Assembly (NCBI GenBank): GCA_963835795.1
Contig: CAWIHJ010000023.1
Coordinates: forward strand, 9,059-73,058
DNA length: 64,000 bases
From: an uncultured Gammaproteobacteria bacterium
Lineage (GTDB): Bacteria; Pseudomonadota; Gammaproteobacteria; GCA-001735895
Direction of reading: 5' to 3'
Made by a program: the position numbers and the translations under genes. This document shows, in pieces, positions 17,608 through 27,726 of this stretch (the first letter of the stretch is position 1; the number at the start of each line of letters is the position of its first letter). A model generated the notes under the pieces. The model worked only from the letters and a program-made list of their open reading frames with translations, ran no database searches and had not been told where the DNA came from.

Positions 17608-19138
17608 TCAGGCGCGAGCTTCCAGCTCGATTTTGCGTCGAGCGACATATTCCTGTAACGCGTCATCGATTCCCGGGTCGATGGCAGGCTGTTGATATTC
17701 CGCGAGCAGTTGCTTCCAGATCTGGTTGGCGCGCTGTTCGGTGTTGACCGAACCGGCTTCGAGCCAGGATTCGTGGTTACTCCAGTTCGACAGGAGCGGT
17801 GCGTAAAAGGCGTTCTCGTAGCGTGACATGGTGTGTTCGGCACCGAAGAAGTGCCCGCCGGGACCCACTTCACGGATGGCATCGCGCGCCAGGGTTTCGG
17901 CGTTGACTTCGAAGGGTTCGAGACTGGCCGCCACCATCTGCAGTATTTCGGCATCGATGATCAGTTTTTCCAGCGACGCGGTGAGCCCGCCGTGCAACCA
18001 GCCGGCCGCGTGCTTGATCATGTTGGCCTGCCCGGATATCGCCCCCCACAGCGACAGACAGCTCTCGTAGGCCGCCTGCGCGTCGGGGCAGTTGGCGGCG
18101 TTGACGTTACTCGAGCGAAACGGCACGCGAAGTCGCCTGGCCAGTTGTCCCGAGGCCTGGGCCGCCTGCAGGTATTCGGGCGTGCCGAAAGCGGGTGAGC
18201 CGGTCTTCATGTCGACATTTGAAGTAAACCCCCCGTAGAGCACCGGCGCGCCGGCGCGCACGATCTGCGTCAGTGCAATGCCCGCCATGGCCTCGGCATG
18301 CTGCAGCGCAAGCGCCCCGGCCAGCGTGATGGGCGCCATGGCCCCGGATAGCGTGAACGGGGTAATCGCCGAGGCCTGCCCATGTTCGGCCAGGGTGATC
18401 AGGCCTTCGGCCATCGGAATATCGAGTTGCAGCGGGGTGTTGGTGTTGATAATTCCGCACAGGGCCGGTGTTTCGATCAGATCCTTCGGGGCTTTTGCCG
18501 AGACTGATGGCCATCATGTTGATGGCATCGAGGGTTTGCCCGCGCCCCATGGTCCAGGGCACCCAGTTCTTGTCGAGCAAGGTGCACTGGGCATAAAACA
18601 GGTCCAGGTGACGGCTCGGGGCAGGCAGGTCCATGGCTTCGAAACCACCGCCGCCATCCTGGTGCAAAATGTCGAGGCTTTGCACCAGGCGAATGAAATC
18701 GCACATTTCCGCATAGCTGCCGGTGCGCCGGCCCTTGTCTGCGTCCATCACGTAGGCGGGACCTCCCACCGAGGTGAAGATCGCGTGTCCAGCGCCAATG
18801 CGCAAACGCTTCGCCGGATTGCGGGCTTCCAGGGTAAAGCTTGCTGGGGCTTTGGCGATCAGCGCTTCGACCAGCGCGGAATCGAAGCGAACCCGTTGGC
18901 TGGAATTGTCCACATCGAATCCCGCCTTGCCATAATGCATGCGCGCCGCATCCGACAGGATCGTCATGCCGGTTTCCTTGAGTATCGACAGGCCCGCCAG
19001 GTGAATGCTTTCCAGCGCGTCGTCTGACAGCAGCGCGTAGGGCGGATTGTAATAGCGCAGCGGCTTCCAGGGTGGCTGTGCGAGCGTGCCGGAGGTGCGG
19101 ATCTTGCGTGCACCGCGGCGGCGTGATGGCTGGGTCAT
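17608..19138 (-). pseudogene. mttB: MttB-superfamily (COG5598) methyltransferase, non-pyrrolysine type, one frame disruption
   Basis: ORF 18107..19138 (MTQPSRRRGARKIRTSG...LSDDALESIHLAGLSILKETGMTILSD...MMAISLGKSPE) joins ORF 17608..18414 extended upstream (DLIETPALCGIINTNTPLQLDIPMAEGLITLAEHGQASAITPFTLSGAMAPIT...GGHFFGAEHTMSRYENAFY). The shift is at the CCCC/GG runs around 18483-18491. The start overlaps the stop of the upstream flavoprotein gene (ATGA). Confidence 0.8.
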
Positions 19139-21211
19139 GAAAGTCTCCTCGGCAGGTTGTCAGGGTCAGGATTTAGCGGTTGTAGCAAGGCGCGTTCGCG
19201 TCGGCACAGCAGGCTGGCAGGTGGTGCATCGAATTCGCGCGCGAATTTGTGCCCGCTGTAGACCGCATCGGCGATGCTCGAGGGCACCAGGCAATCACCA
19301 ATGCGGGTGGCGTCGACATCGAGTTGATCGAACAGCTCGTGCCTGGCGCTGCGCCCGGTGACCAGTACCAGGTGGTCAAACTCGTGCCTGAAGGTTTTGC
19401 CACTGTAAGTGCAACGGCTGGTCAGGCATTGGCTGTCAATCGATTCTGCTGTTTGCGAAAAGACCATTTGCAGGCCCATTGCGGACAATTTCTTTTGAAT
19501 GAACTCCTGCTCGTCGGTCATCACCGTCCAGGCTGAAACCATCAGTTGCGGCGTCAGGTAAGTAACCGTCGATCCCTCGGCGAGCAATTTCTCCGCCAGT
19601 GCGCCGCCCATCATGTAGTGTTCATCGTCGTATATCAGCACCCGACCGGATAACCTGGTGCCGGCAAACAAGTCGTCGGGCGTATGGATGCCGGCGCTCG
19701 CGGCGATGCTGATCGGGTGGTGCAGGCTGGCGCCTTGCCCATCGCGCCGCCACTGGCTGCCGGTGGCGATGACCACGGCATCGGCGCCAAATTCGCGAAT
19801 CTCGGCGGCGCGTAAGCGGGCTGTCGAGGTAAATTTCGACGTTGGCCATTTGCGCCAGCAGGTGAGCGCGATAATCGCGCACGCGAATCCAGTTTTGCAG
19901 ACCAGGCAGCGAAGCCTCGTGGATGACGCGGCCACCGAGTGCTGTGCCGGCTTCCGACAGGGTCACCTGGTAGCCGCGACGCGCCAGGCTGAGCGTGGCT
20001 TCGAGACCCGCCGGGCCGCCTCCGACCACGAGGATCGAGGCATCCGATTTGGCCGCGGTCGATTTTCTCCGGGTGCCAACCGCGACGCCATTCTTCGCCG
20101 ATGGTCGGATTCTGCGTACAGCGTAAAGGTGAGGCCTCGTTATTCGCCGAACGACAGATGTTGCAACCAATGCATTCGCGAATTTCATCTTCGCGCCCGT
20201 TATCGATCTTGTGCGGTAAAAACGGGTCGGCGATTGACGGTCGCGCGGCGCCGATGAAATCCTGCACGCCGCGTTTGATCTGATCGACCATGGTATCTGG
20301 TGAAGTAAAACGACCAACGCTGACTACGGGTTTCGAAGTGAGGGATTTGACGATGCCGGCGTACTCTTGCTGGAAGCCTTCAGCCGAAAAGCGCGAACTG
20401 CAGGAATCGTTGCCAAGACTGCCGCCCAGCGCGATGTCCCAGAGATCCGGGAGTTCGCCCAGCAATTCGATGATCTGGCGGCCTTCATGCATCGGCTTCG
20501 ATCCCCTCCGCGCCCTGCAACTTCGTCGATCGCAAGGCGCACCGCAACCGCGCAGCGATCGCCGACCGCTGCTCGCGTATCCTCGATCAATTCGCGCAAC
20601 AGGCGGCAGCGGTTTTCCAGCGAACCCCCGTATTCGTCGCGGCGATGATTGGTCAGCGGCGAGAGGAACTGGAAGGGCAGGTAGTCGTGACCGGCATACA
20701 CGTAAATGATGTCGAAACCGGCCTGCTGCGCGCGCATCGCGGCGTCACGATGCCACCCCCTGAAGGCCGCGATGTCGTCGAGTTCCATGCCTTTCACCTG
20801 GGTCGGATTCAGGTATTTCGCCGATACCGCACTAGGGAGCGAGCGCGACTTCGCGCGTGCCGCGATTATTCGCGTGACTAGCCGCCGTGCCACAGTTCGA
20901 TGCCGGCCAGCGCGCCATGTCGGTGAATGGCCTCACAGGTAATCTGCCAGCTGGCTGCATGTCTTCGTCGTCCCACAGGCTCAGGTAGGCAAACGGGGTT
21001 TCGTCGGAACTCGGGTGAATCGAACAATACTCGGTGCAGACAACGCCCCAGCCACCTTCCGCCTTGATGGCACGCAGGGCGGCTGAACTGTTGGGTTTCA
21101 TGTTACCCATGCCGGTTGCGTGTGGTGTCTGGTAGAAACGATTGGGTGCGGTAACCGGACCAATCTTGAACGGGTTCGAAGAGGCAGATCGTAACGAGGG
21201 TTTCTGGACAT
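19135..21211 (-). pseudogene. Trimethylamine/dimethylamine-dehydrogenase-family Fe-S flavoprotein (OYE-like FMN barrel + 4Fe-4S + ADP/FAD-binding domains; StcD/N-methylproline-demethylase-like), about 7 frame disruptions
   Basis: The fragments read in order as:
- MSRNPRYDLPL / NPFKIGPVTAPNRFYQTPHATGMG...WDDEDMQPAG
- QITCEAIHRHGALAGIELWHGG
- SHANNRGTREVALAP
- SAVSAKYLNPTQVKGMELDDIAAFRGWHRDAAMRAQQAGFDIIYVYAGHDYLPFQFLSPLTNHRRDEYGGSLENR...AVRLAIDEVAG
- MHEGRQIIELL...IRECIGCNICRSANNEASPLRCTQNPTIGEEWRRGWHPEKI
- SDASILVVGGGPAGLEATLSLARRGYQVTLSEA...ANVEIYLDSPLT
- AAEIREFGADAVVIATGS...IGDCLVPSSIADAVYSGHKFAREFD
The Cys motif and CTQNPTIGEEWRRGWHPEK closely resemble trimethylamine dehydrogenase (TMADH). 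Confidence 0.8.
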
Positions 21212-21240
21212 GGTTTTCGGGTCTCGTCACGTTTAATTTA

Positions 21241-21258
21241 GTTGAACGATCGTACAAC
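21241..21258. promoter_or_regulatory. 18-bp near-perfect palindrome in the divergent flavoprotein/TetR promoter gap (candidate TetR operator)
   Basis: GTTGAACGATCGTACAAC matches its own reverse complement at 16 of 18 positions. It sits between the flavoprotein start (21211, minus strand) and the TetR start (~21300, plus strand). Confidence 0.45.
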
Positions 21259-21299
21259 AAGGGATAAGCTGGCGCAATTATTTTTAAGCCCGGAAATAA

Positions 21300-21940
21300 A
21301 TGTGGTCGCTAAAAGCGAAGGAAAAACAGGCATTTAGCCGAAAATCGGCTGCTACGAGACGCGCGAGAACTGATCGCTGCGGGAATTGCCTGTCTCGGCA
21401 AAGGCGGCATGGCCGGTTTTACCATCGACCAGATTTGCAAGCAGGCAAGGGTATCGCGCGGACTGGTAAACCACCATTTCAAATCCAAGGACGAATTGCT
21501 GTCCTGCATTTACGCCGAGATGACCGATCACCTGGTACAGGATTATGCCACTGCGAAAACACCCGTGACCTGCTCGCGCAAATCATCGAAACCAGTTTCG
21601 ATGAAGACGACCTTCAACCGTTCAAATTTGCGCGCCTGGCTGGCGATCTGGGGGCAGGTATCAAGCAATCCAGCACTCAGCCGGCTGCACAAGCAACGTT
21701 ATGATTATTATCGGCAAAGAATTATTGCGCGCCATCAGCAACAGCAGTTTCGGGCGCCGATGAACGCCTCAACACGAAAGTGTGGCGCGCCAGCTCATCG
21801 CCATTATCGATGGTCTCTGGCTTGAGTACTGTTTACACTCGGAGAGTTTTTCGCTGGCCGCCGCGAAGGCGGATTGCTACCAGTTTCTCGAAGCCTACGG
21901 GATCAAGATCACAGCCCGGCCCAGAACCGCAAAGGAATAG
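21300..21940 (+). pseudogene. TetR-family regulator, BetI-like, multiple frame disruptions
   Basis: The HTH segment ARELIAAGIACLGKGGMAGFTIDQICKQARVSRGLVNHHFKSKDELL is followed, in changing frames, by three further pieces. These are RDLLAQIIETSFDEDDLQPFKF, then RAWLAIWGQVSSNPALSRLHKQRYDYYRQR, then ARQLIAIIDGLWLEYCLHSESFSLAAAKADCYQFLEAYGIKITARPRTAKE* (stop 21938-21940). The WLAxW...LIDGLWL pattern matches E. coli BetI. The exact start is uncertain. Confidence 0.65.
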
Positions 21941-21944
21941 AGTA

Positions 21945-23231
21945 TTGCCGCGTCGTCCCGTTACTTTTAGTGCCGCCCTGGGTTCTTCCTGGGCATTATT
22001 GCTCGGTTTCGGCATCCTCATGCTGGGCGACGGCCTGCAGGGCACACTGCTCGCCATTCGTGCGGATCTGGAAGGCTTTTCGGCGACCCTGACCGGCCTG
22101 GTCATGTCGACCTTTTACCTGGGTTTCCTGTTCGGCTCGATCCTGACCCCGCGGATTACCATCAAGGTTGGGCATATCCGTGTGTTTGCCGCTTTCGCCG
22201 CGCTGTCTTCTGCCGCCATCCTGGTGCACGCGCTGGTGGTCAGCGTGCCGGTGTGGATGGCGATGCGGCTGTTGAGTGGCTTCTGTTTTGCCGGTTTGTA
22301 TATCGTCGCCGAGAGCTGGTTGAACGATCGTGCCACCAATGAAACGCGCGGCAAGTTGCTGTCCATGTACATGGTAGTCACCTACATCGGTGTCGGTTCG
22401 GGCCAATTGCTGTTGAACCTGGCCAACCCACTCGATTTTGAACTGTTTATACTGACTTCGATTCTGATTTCGGTTGCCGTGGTGCCGCTGCTGCTGTCGG
22501 CTGGATCGCCACCGACCTTTCACGATTCGGTACGCATCAGCCTGTGGCAACTGTTTCGCCTGACGCCGCTCGGCATCGTCAGCATGTTTGCGGTCGGGCT
22601 GGTCACCGCGACCTTCTTCGCGCTGGGGCCGGTATACGCGCAGCGCATCGGTCTCAGTATTCGCGATATTTCCTATTTCATGACCGCGGCGGTGGTCGGC
22701 ACGGTGATATTGCAGGGCCCGATCGGGGCACTTTCCGACCGTTACGATCGGCGCACGGTGCTCACCCTGGTAACCATACTGACATCGGTGTCGGCGTTGG
22801 TCTGCATACCCGCGGAGCAAGTCTCAGGCATGGCCCTGTTCGCCGCCGTTGCGCTGTTTGGCGGGCTGGCGTTTCCGCTGTATTCGATTTGTATCGCTTA
22901 TACCAACGACCACCTCGACCCGAAGCAGATGATCGCGGCCAGCGGTGCGCTGGTGATGGTCGGTGGGCTCGGCGCGATTACCGGGCCGGTGCTGATTGCC
23001 ATGATCATGGATGCCTACGGACACCAGTCGCTGTTCTGGTCGATCGCGGCGATCCATGGTTTGACCGGGGTGTTTGCGATCTATCGTATGTTGCGCAGCG
23101 CCCCGGTGCCCATGGATCGCCAGGGTCACAGCACCGCGACGGCGGTTCATCCGTCGGGATCAGCCATCGAATCGATACAGCAATACGCCAGCGAAGAATA
23201 CGAAGCGGTAGTCTTCGCGGAACGGCATTGA
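21945..23231 (+). CDS. MFS transporter (YcaD-like family)
   Basis: 12-TM-like ORF containing GHIRVFAAFAALSSAAILVHA...LLSGFCFAGLYIVAESWLNDRATNETRGKLLSMY. Start placed at TTG 21945, 7 nt after AAGGAA. The 5' part of track ORF 21780..23231 belongs to the TetR tail region. Paralogous to 29639..30928. Confidence 0.75.
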   Translation: MPRRPVTFSAALGSSWALLLGFGILMLGDGLQGTLLAIRADLEGFSATLTGLVMSTFYLGFLFGSILTPRITIKVGHIRVFAAFAALSSAAILVHALVVSVPVWMAMRLLSGFCFAGLYIVAESWLNDRATNETRGKLLSMYMVVTYIGVGSGQLLLNLANPLDFELFILTSILISVAVVPLLLSAGSPPTFHDSVRISLWQLFRLTPLGIVSMFAVGLVTATFFALGPVYAQRIGLSIRDISYFMTAAVVGTVILQGPIGALSDRYDRRTVLTLVTILTSVSALVCIPAEQVSGMALFAAVALFGGLAFPLYSICIAYTNDHLDPKQMIAASGALVMVGGLGAITGPVLIAMIMDAYGHQSLFWSIAAIHGLTGVFAIYRMLRSAPVPMDRQGHSTATAVHPSGSAIESIQQYASEEYEAVVFAERH

Positions 23232-23278
23232 GTTAAGAGCCTGGATCTCGATCGGGCAGATCCGCGGTGCAGCGTTGC

Positions 23279-23661
23279 CTAGAGCTGATCGAGTAACCGG
23301 TCGATGTACTGTGTCCGCAGCGCGATGTCTTCCTGCAACAGGCGGATCTCTTCCTTCAGCATGGCTTTCAGGTCCAGGCCCTCGGCTTTCGCCATCTTGA
23401 GTTGTTCGAGTTCGTGCAGCGCTTCGCGAAATGCGGGAGTGCTGGCATACAGGTCTGGGTTTTGCGGGTGCCGCTGTCGACCATCACCGATTCCTTCACC
23501 TGCGGAAACTTGTAGCGCCGGATGACCGGCAGCAAGGATCCTTTCTTGCGGCTGTAGGCGATCTGCAATACATCGGTCTTGCCGACCGTGTAAACCGCGA
23601 ACTTTTCGATTTCTTCGGGGTGCCGGATACCCATTTCGGTCAGTTTCGGATACTTGCTCAT
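23279..23661 (-). pseudogene. DUF3461-family small protein, one frame disruption
   Basis: MSKYPKLTEMGIRHPEEIEKFAVYTVGKTDVLQIAYSRKKGSLLPVIRRYKFPQVKESVMVDSGT then continues in another frame. That frame reads PQNPDLYASTPAFREALHELEQLKMAKAEGLDLKAMLKEEIRLLQEDIALRTQYIDRLLDQL* (stop 23279-23281). The shift is near 23455-23475. Family assigned from memory of DUF3461 N-termini. Confidence 0.5.
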
Positions 23662-23695
23662 AATTTTTCCTCAGGTAGATTAATATCAGGACTGA

Positions 23696-25591
23696 TTACG
23701 GCACATGTATCTGAGGATCGTCTTGTCCCAGTTTTTCGTAACCGCGTAGTATTTTCTGCGCTTCGGCTTCGGCTTCATTCAGTTGTTCGAGGGTCAGGTG
23801 ACAGGCGATCTGGTGGCCGTTGTCCAGCTCCAGTATCGGTGGAGTGACGACCGGGCAGGTATCCTCGATGGCCATGGGACAGCGATTGTAGAACGGACAA
23901 CCCTTGGCGGTAATTTCCACGCCGCGCGCAATACCGACCGCCATTTCGCGCTTTTTCATCGTGTCTTCGAGCCAGCCGATGCGCATCTCCGGCACCGAGC
24001 TGATCAACAGGCGGGTGTAGGGATGGAAGGGCGGTTCGAGGACTTCGTCGGTTGGGCCCTGTTCGACGATGCGCCCGGCGTAAAGCACGACGATTTCATC
24101 GGCGAACGAGGAGACGGTCGACAGGTCATGACTGATGAAAACGAACGACACACCGGTCTTGTCACGCAGCGCGGTCAGCAGTTTGATGACGTTGGCACCG
24201 ACGATACTGTCGAGTGCTGAGGTGACTTCGTCACAGAGCATGACTTCGGGGTTCGCCGCCAGCGAACGGGCGAGGTTGATGCGCTGTTTTTGCCCGCCCG
24301 ACAATTCCATCGGGTAACGATTGGCAAAGGCTGCGGGCAACTCGACCATTTCCAGGATTTCAGCTACCTTGGCGTGCTTTTCACGTCCTTTTAGTCCGTG
24401 GTAAAACTCCAGCGGGCGGCCGATGATATTGCCGATCAACTGCTTGGGATTCAGCGCGGTATCCGCCATCTGGAACACAAATTGTACCTTCTGCAATTCG
24501 TCGAGCTCGCGGTCGAGTAAATTTCCCTCGAGCTTCTTGCCATCGAGAATGATATCGCCGCGCGCCGGGGGCAACATGCCCGCCATGACGCGCGCCAGCG
24601 TCGATTTGCCACAGCCCGATTCGCCGATAACACCGACCACGTGACCGTTCTTCACGCTGACGTTGATGTCTTTCAGGATCGGAATAACCGGCTCACCGTC
24701 GACGATTCCGCCGTAACCGGCGGTCATGTTCCTGACTTCGATATTGTCGACCACGCGATCGTGGTCACCGCTGGCATCTTCACCCTGACCGGATTCGGGT
24801 TTCGGGCGTACTGCGTCCATCAGCCGCTTGGTGTAAGCGTGCGTCGGGTGGTTGATGATTTGATCCACGCTACCCTGTTCCATGATTTCACCGCGATAGA
24901 GTACAACGATGTGATCCGCCACCTGCGCCACCACGGCGAGATCGTGGGTCACGTAGATGGCGGCCGAATTCTGCTCGCGGATGACTTTCTTGAACGCCTT
25001 CAACACCTCGATCTGGGTGGTGACGTCGAGCGCCGTGGTCGGTTCGTCGAGCACCATCAGGTCGGGTTTGCTACACAGCGCCATGGCCGCCATCAGGCGC
25101 TGCAACTGGCCGCCGGAAACCTGGTGCGGGTAGCGATAGCCGATACGGTCCGGATCGGGTAACTCGAGCGCATGATAGAGCTCGATCGCGCGTTCGTTGG
25201 CTTCTTCCTGGGTCAGGATGCCGTGTAACACCGCAGCCTCGGTGACTTGCTCGTTGATGGTAATCGCCGGGTTGAAGGTCGCCGCGGCGCTCTGCGCGAG
25301 GTAGGCGACTTTGCCGCCGCGCAGATCGCGCTGTTCGACTGGCGGCATGGTCAACACGTCCTTGCCGAACAAGCAGCATTCGCCTCCGGTGAAATACAGT
25401 CCGGGTTTGGTGTACGCCAGGGTCGCCAGCGAGATGGTGGTCTTGCCCGAACCGGACTCGCCGATCAGGGCGACGACTTCGCCCTTGTGGATATCGAAGG
25501 TAACGCCGCGCACAATCTCGACTTCCTTGCCGTCATCGTCGTAGGCGCTGATGCGTAAATCTTTTACTTCAAACAGTTTCTCTTTAGCCAT
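23696..25591 (-). CDS. Dpp/Opp-type ABC transporter ATP-binding protein with duplicated ATPase domains (operon 2)
   Basis: Walker A motifs GESGSGKTT and GESGCGKST, signatures VSGGQLQRL and LSGGQKQRI, and a C-terminal Cys-rich oligopeptide-type tail [16 protein letters not shown]. 631 aa. Confidence 0.9.
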   Translation of the reverse strand: MAKEKLFEVKDLRISAYDDDGKEVEIVRGVTFDIHKGEVVALIGESGSGKTTISLATLAYTKPGLYFTGGECCLFGKDVLTMPPVEQRDLRGGKVAYLAQSAAATFNPAITINEQVTEAAVLHGILTQEEANERAIELYHALELPDPDRIGYRYPHQVSGGQLQRLMAAMALCSKPDLMVLDEPTTALDVTTQIEVLKAFKKVIREQNSAAIYVTHDLAVVAQVADHIVVLYRGEIMEQGSVDQIINHPTHAYTKRLMDAVRPKPESGQGEDASGDHDRVVDNIEVRNMTAGYGGIVDGEPVIPILKDINVSVKNGHVVGVIGESGCGKSTLARVMAGMLPPARGDIILDGKKLEGNLLDRELDELQKVQFVFQMADTALNPKQLIGNIIGRPLEFYHGLKGREKHAKVAEILEMVELPAAFANRYPMELSGGQKQRINLARSLAANPEVMLCDEVTSALDSIVGANVIKLLTALRDKTGVSFVFISHDLSTVSSFADEIVVLYAGRIVEQGPTDEVLEPPFHPYTRLLISSVPEMRIGWLEDTMKKREMAVGIARGVEITAKGCPFYNRCPMAIEDTCPVVTPPILELDNGHQIACHLTLEQLNEAEAEAQKILRGYEKLGQDDPQIHVP

Positions 25592-25596
25592 CTGTT

Positions 25597-26554
25597 CTAC
25601 ACCATTTTCTTTGCGAGACTGCCGCCGGACTTGGCGGAGATATCATCGACAATCAGGTTGATCGCGATGGTAAAGGAAGCAATCGCCAGCGCCGGCCAGA
25701 TCGCCGAATAAGAGCCGTAGGTCAGGCCCTGCAGGTTTTCACGCACCATGCTGCCCCAGTCGGAGGCGGGTGGTTGCACGCCGAGCCCGAGGAAACTCAG
25801 GCTGGAGATGAACAGCACCACGAACACCAGGCGCAGACCGAAGTCGGTGGCCAGCGGCATCGCCGCATTGGGCAGTACTTCCGCGCGGATTATCCACCAG
25901 ATGCCCTCACCGCGGGTCTGCGCCGCCTCGACAAAGTCCTGCACCATGATGTCCTGGCCGAGCGCGCGTGCGATGCGGAACACGCTGGTGGCGTAGATCA
26001 CCGAGGCCGTGCCGATCAGATATGGGTATCGACGATCCCAGCGCCGCGATCACGATCAGGCCGAGCATGATCGTCGGTAGCGCGAGTATCGCGTCGTTGA
26101 CCCGGCTGATGCCCATGTCGATCCAGCCGCCCTTGACCGCGGCCAGAATGCCGAGGGTGATGCCGATCAGGTAGGCGATCAGCGTCGCGGCGAGCGAGAT
26201 GCCGATGGTATTGCGGGCACCGAACAGGATGCGCGACAGGGTATCCCTGGCGAGATAATCGGTACCCAGGTAAAAAGTGCCGTATTCGTTGGTGAGTAAA
26301 CCTCCGTCTTTGGAGTATTCGGGGTCGCCGTAACTCAGGAAGCTGTCATCGCCATCCATGTCCATTTCGTGGAAAGGCGCGATACTCGGGCCGATGATGC
26401 AGATGATCAGCCAGAAAGCGACCACGGCGCAGGAGGCGTAACCGACCCAGGTCAGGCTGAATTTTCGTTTCGGCGGCGCATCCGGTAACTCCGCAAAGGA
26501 GTCCAGTTCCGCGATGACTTCTTCTTCTTTCTTGCTTGCTACTTGTTCAGTCAT
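25597..26554 (-). pseudogene. ABC permease, DppC/OppC-like (operon 2), one frame disruption
   Basis: ATG 26554 (MTEQVASKKEEEV...) behind GAGGGGA. ...LGTDYLARDTLSRILFGARNTIGISL...IAALGSSIPI continues in ORF 25597..26001 extended upstream (LIGTASVIYATSVFRIARALGQDIMVQDFVEAAQTRGEG...). The shift is near 26018-26030. Confidence 0.8.
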
Positions 26555-26571
26555 GGTTATATCCCCTCGAA

Positions 26572-27524
26572 CTATTTCGGATTGCGCAGACGCGGGTTGG
26601 AAAGTATCGAACCGATATCCGCAAGCAGAATCAGGACTACGTAGGTGCCGCAAAAAATCATTGCGCAGGCCTGCACCAGCGGCAGGTCACGCGTTTGCAC
26701 GCCGTCGATCATCAACTTGGCGAGGCCAGGGTAGGCGAAGATGGTTTCGACGATGACCACGCCGCTGACCAGGTAGGCCAGGTTCAGCGCGATGACGTTG
26801 ATGATCGGTCCGATCGCGTTGTAAAACGCGTGGCGCATGATGATGCGGCTGCGCGGTACGCCTTTGAGGATCGCCATTTCGATGTAGGGCGAACTCATCA
26901 CGTTGAGTATGCCGGCGCGGGTCATGCGAATCATTTGCGCCGACACGACGATGACCAGCGTAATCAGCGGCATCGCCAGGGCTTTCATCAGTTGCCAGAA
27001 GGATTCTTCGCCAGTCATGTAGGCAGTCGACGGCAGCCAGTGCAGTTCGACCGCGAGGATCAGCACCGCGACGGTGGCGATGAAAAACTCGGGAACCGAA
27101 ATCAGGCTCAGGGTGCCGAAGGTAACGATGCGGTCCAGCCAGGTGCCGGGATGCATCGCCGCCCACAGGCCGAGCGCGATGGAAATGGGAATCGAGATGA
27201 TCGCAACCCAGCCGGCCATCATCACCGTGTTGCCGAGGCGACCGCCGATCAGGCTGGAAATGGTCGCGCCGCCGGCCTTGGAGATGCCGAGATCGCCGGT
27301 GACCATGTCACCCAGCCAGCCAAAATAGCGGATGTACCAGGGTTGATCGAGACCGAGTTCGGCACGCAGTGCGGCCAGGGTCTCGGGTGTTGCCGACTGA
27401 CCGAGACACGATCTGGGCGACGTCGCCGGGCAATATGCTGGTGGCGATGAAATACGATCACCGATACCACCCACAGGGTTGCGAGGCCGATGCCAATTCG
27501 CTGCATGACCATTCGTGTCATCAT
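26572..27524 (-). pseudogene. ABC permease, DppB/OppB-like (operon 2), two frame disruptions near the 5' end
   Basis: The gene reads MMTRMVMQRIGIGLATLWVVSVIVF, then IATSILPGDVAQIV, then LGQSATPETLAALRAELGLDQPWYIRYFGWLGDMVTGDLG, ending ...SPYIEMAILKGVPRSRIIMRHAFYNA...NPRLRNPK*. Shifts are near 27443-27455 and 27401-27415. Confidence 0.8.
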
Positions 27525-27661
27525 TGGATGAATTCCCCCTCGATTATTGTCTTTTCAACTTATAAGCATCCATACATTTTACTCATCGTTCATTCCGTGA
27601 ACTCAATTTATATCGTGGTACCGATTTGCGCATCTACAACCGGGCAGTTAGATTATCTACA

Positions 27662-27698
27662 ACAAAAAAGGGCCTGTATAAACGAGTTATACAGGCCC
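27662..27698 (-). terminator. Strong rho-independent hairpin between the SBP gene and the permease genes of operon 2
   Basis: GGGCCTGTATAA (27670-27681) pairs with TTATACAGGCCC (27687-27698). The A-run at 27664-27669 gives a T-tract on the minus strand. It lies ~30 nt downstream of the SBP stop codon (27727-27729). Confidence 0.75.
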
Positions 27699-27726
27699 TT
27701 CAGGTTGCTTATTGCAATTTTCGGGT

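Noticed and set aside
21780-21944. N-terminal 55 codons of track ORF 21780..23231 as part of the MFS protein.
   Set aside because: This stretch overlaps the C-terminal region of the BetI-like regulator, which reads convincingly in another frame (ARQLIAIIDGLWLEY...). It is hydrophilic and Arg/Ser-rich. The MFS more plausibly starts at TTG 21945 behind AAGGAA.
23243-23263. Hairpin GGATCT-N9-AGATCC between the MFS stop and the convergent DUF3461 stop, considered as a bidirectional terminator.
   Set aside because: The stem is short (6 bp), the loop is large, and there is no flanking T- or A-tract. Too weak to call.
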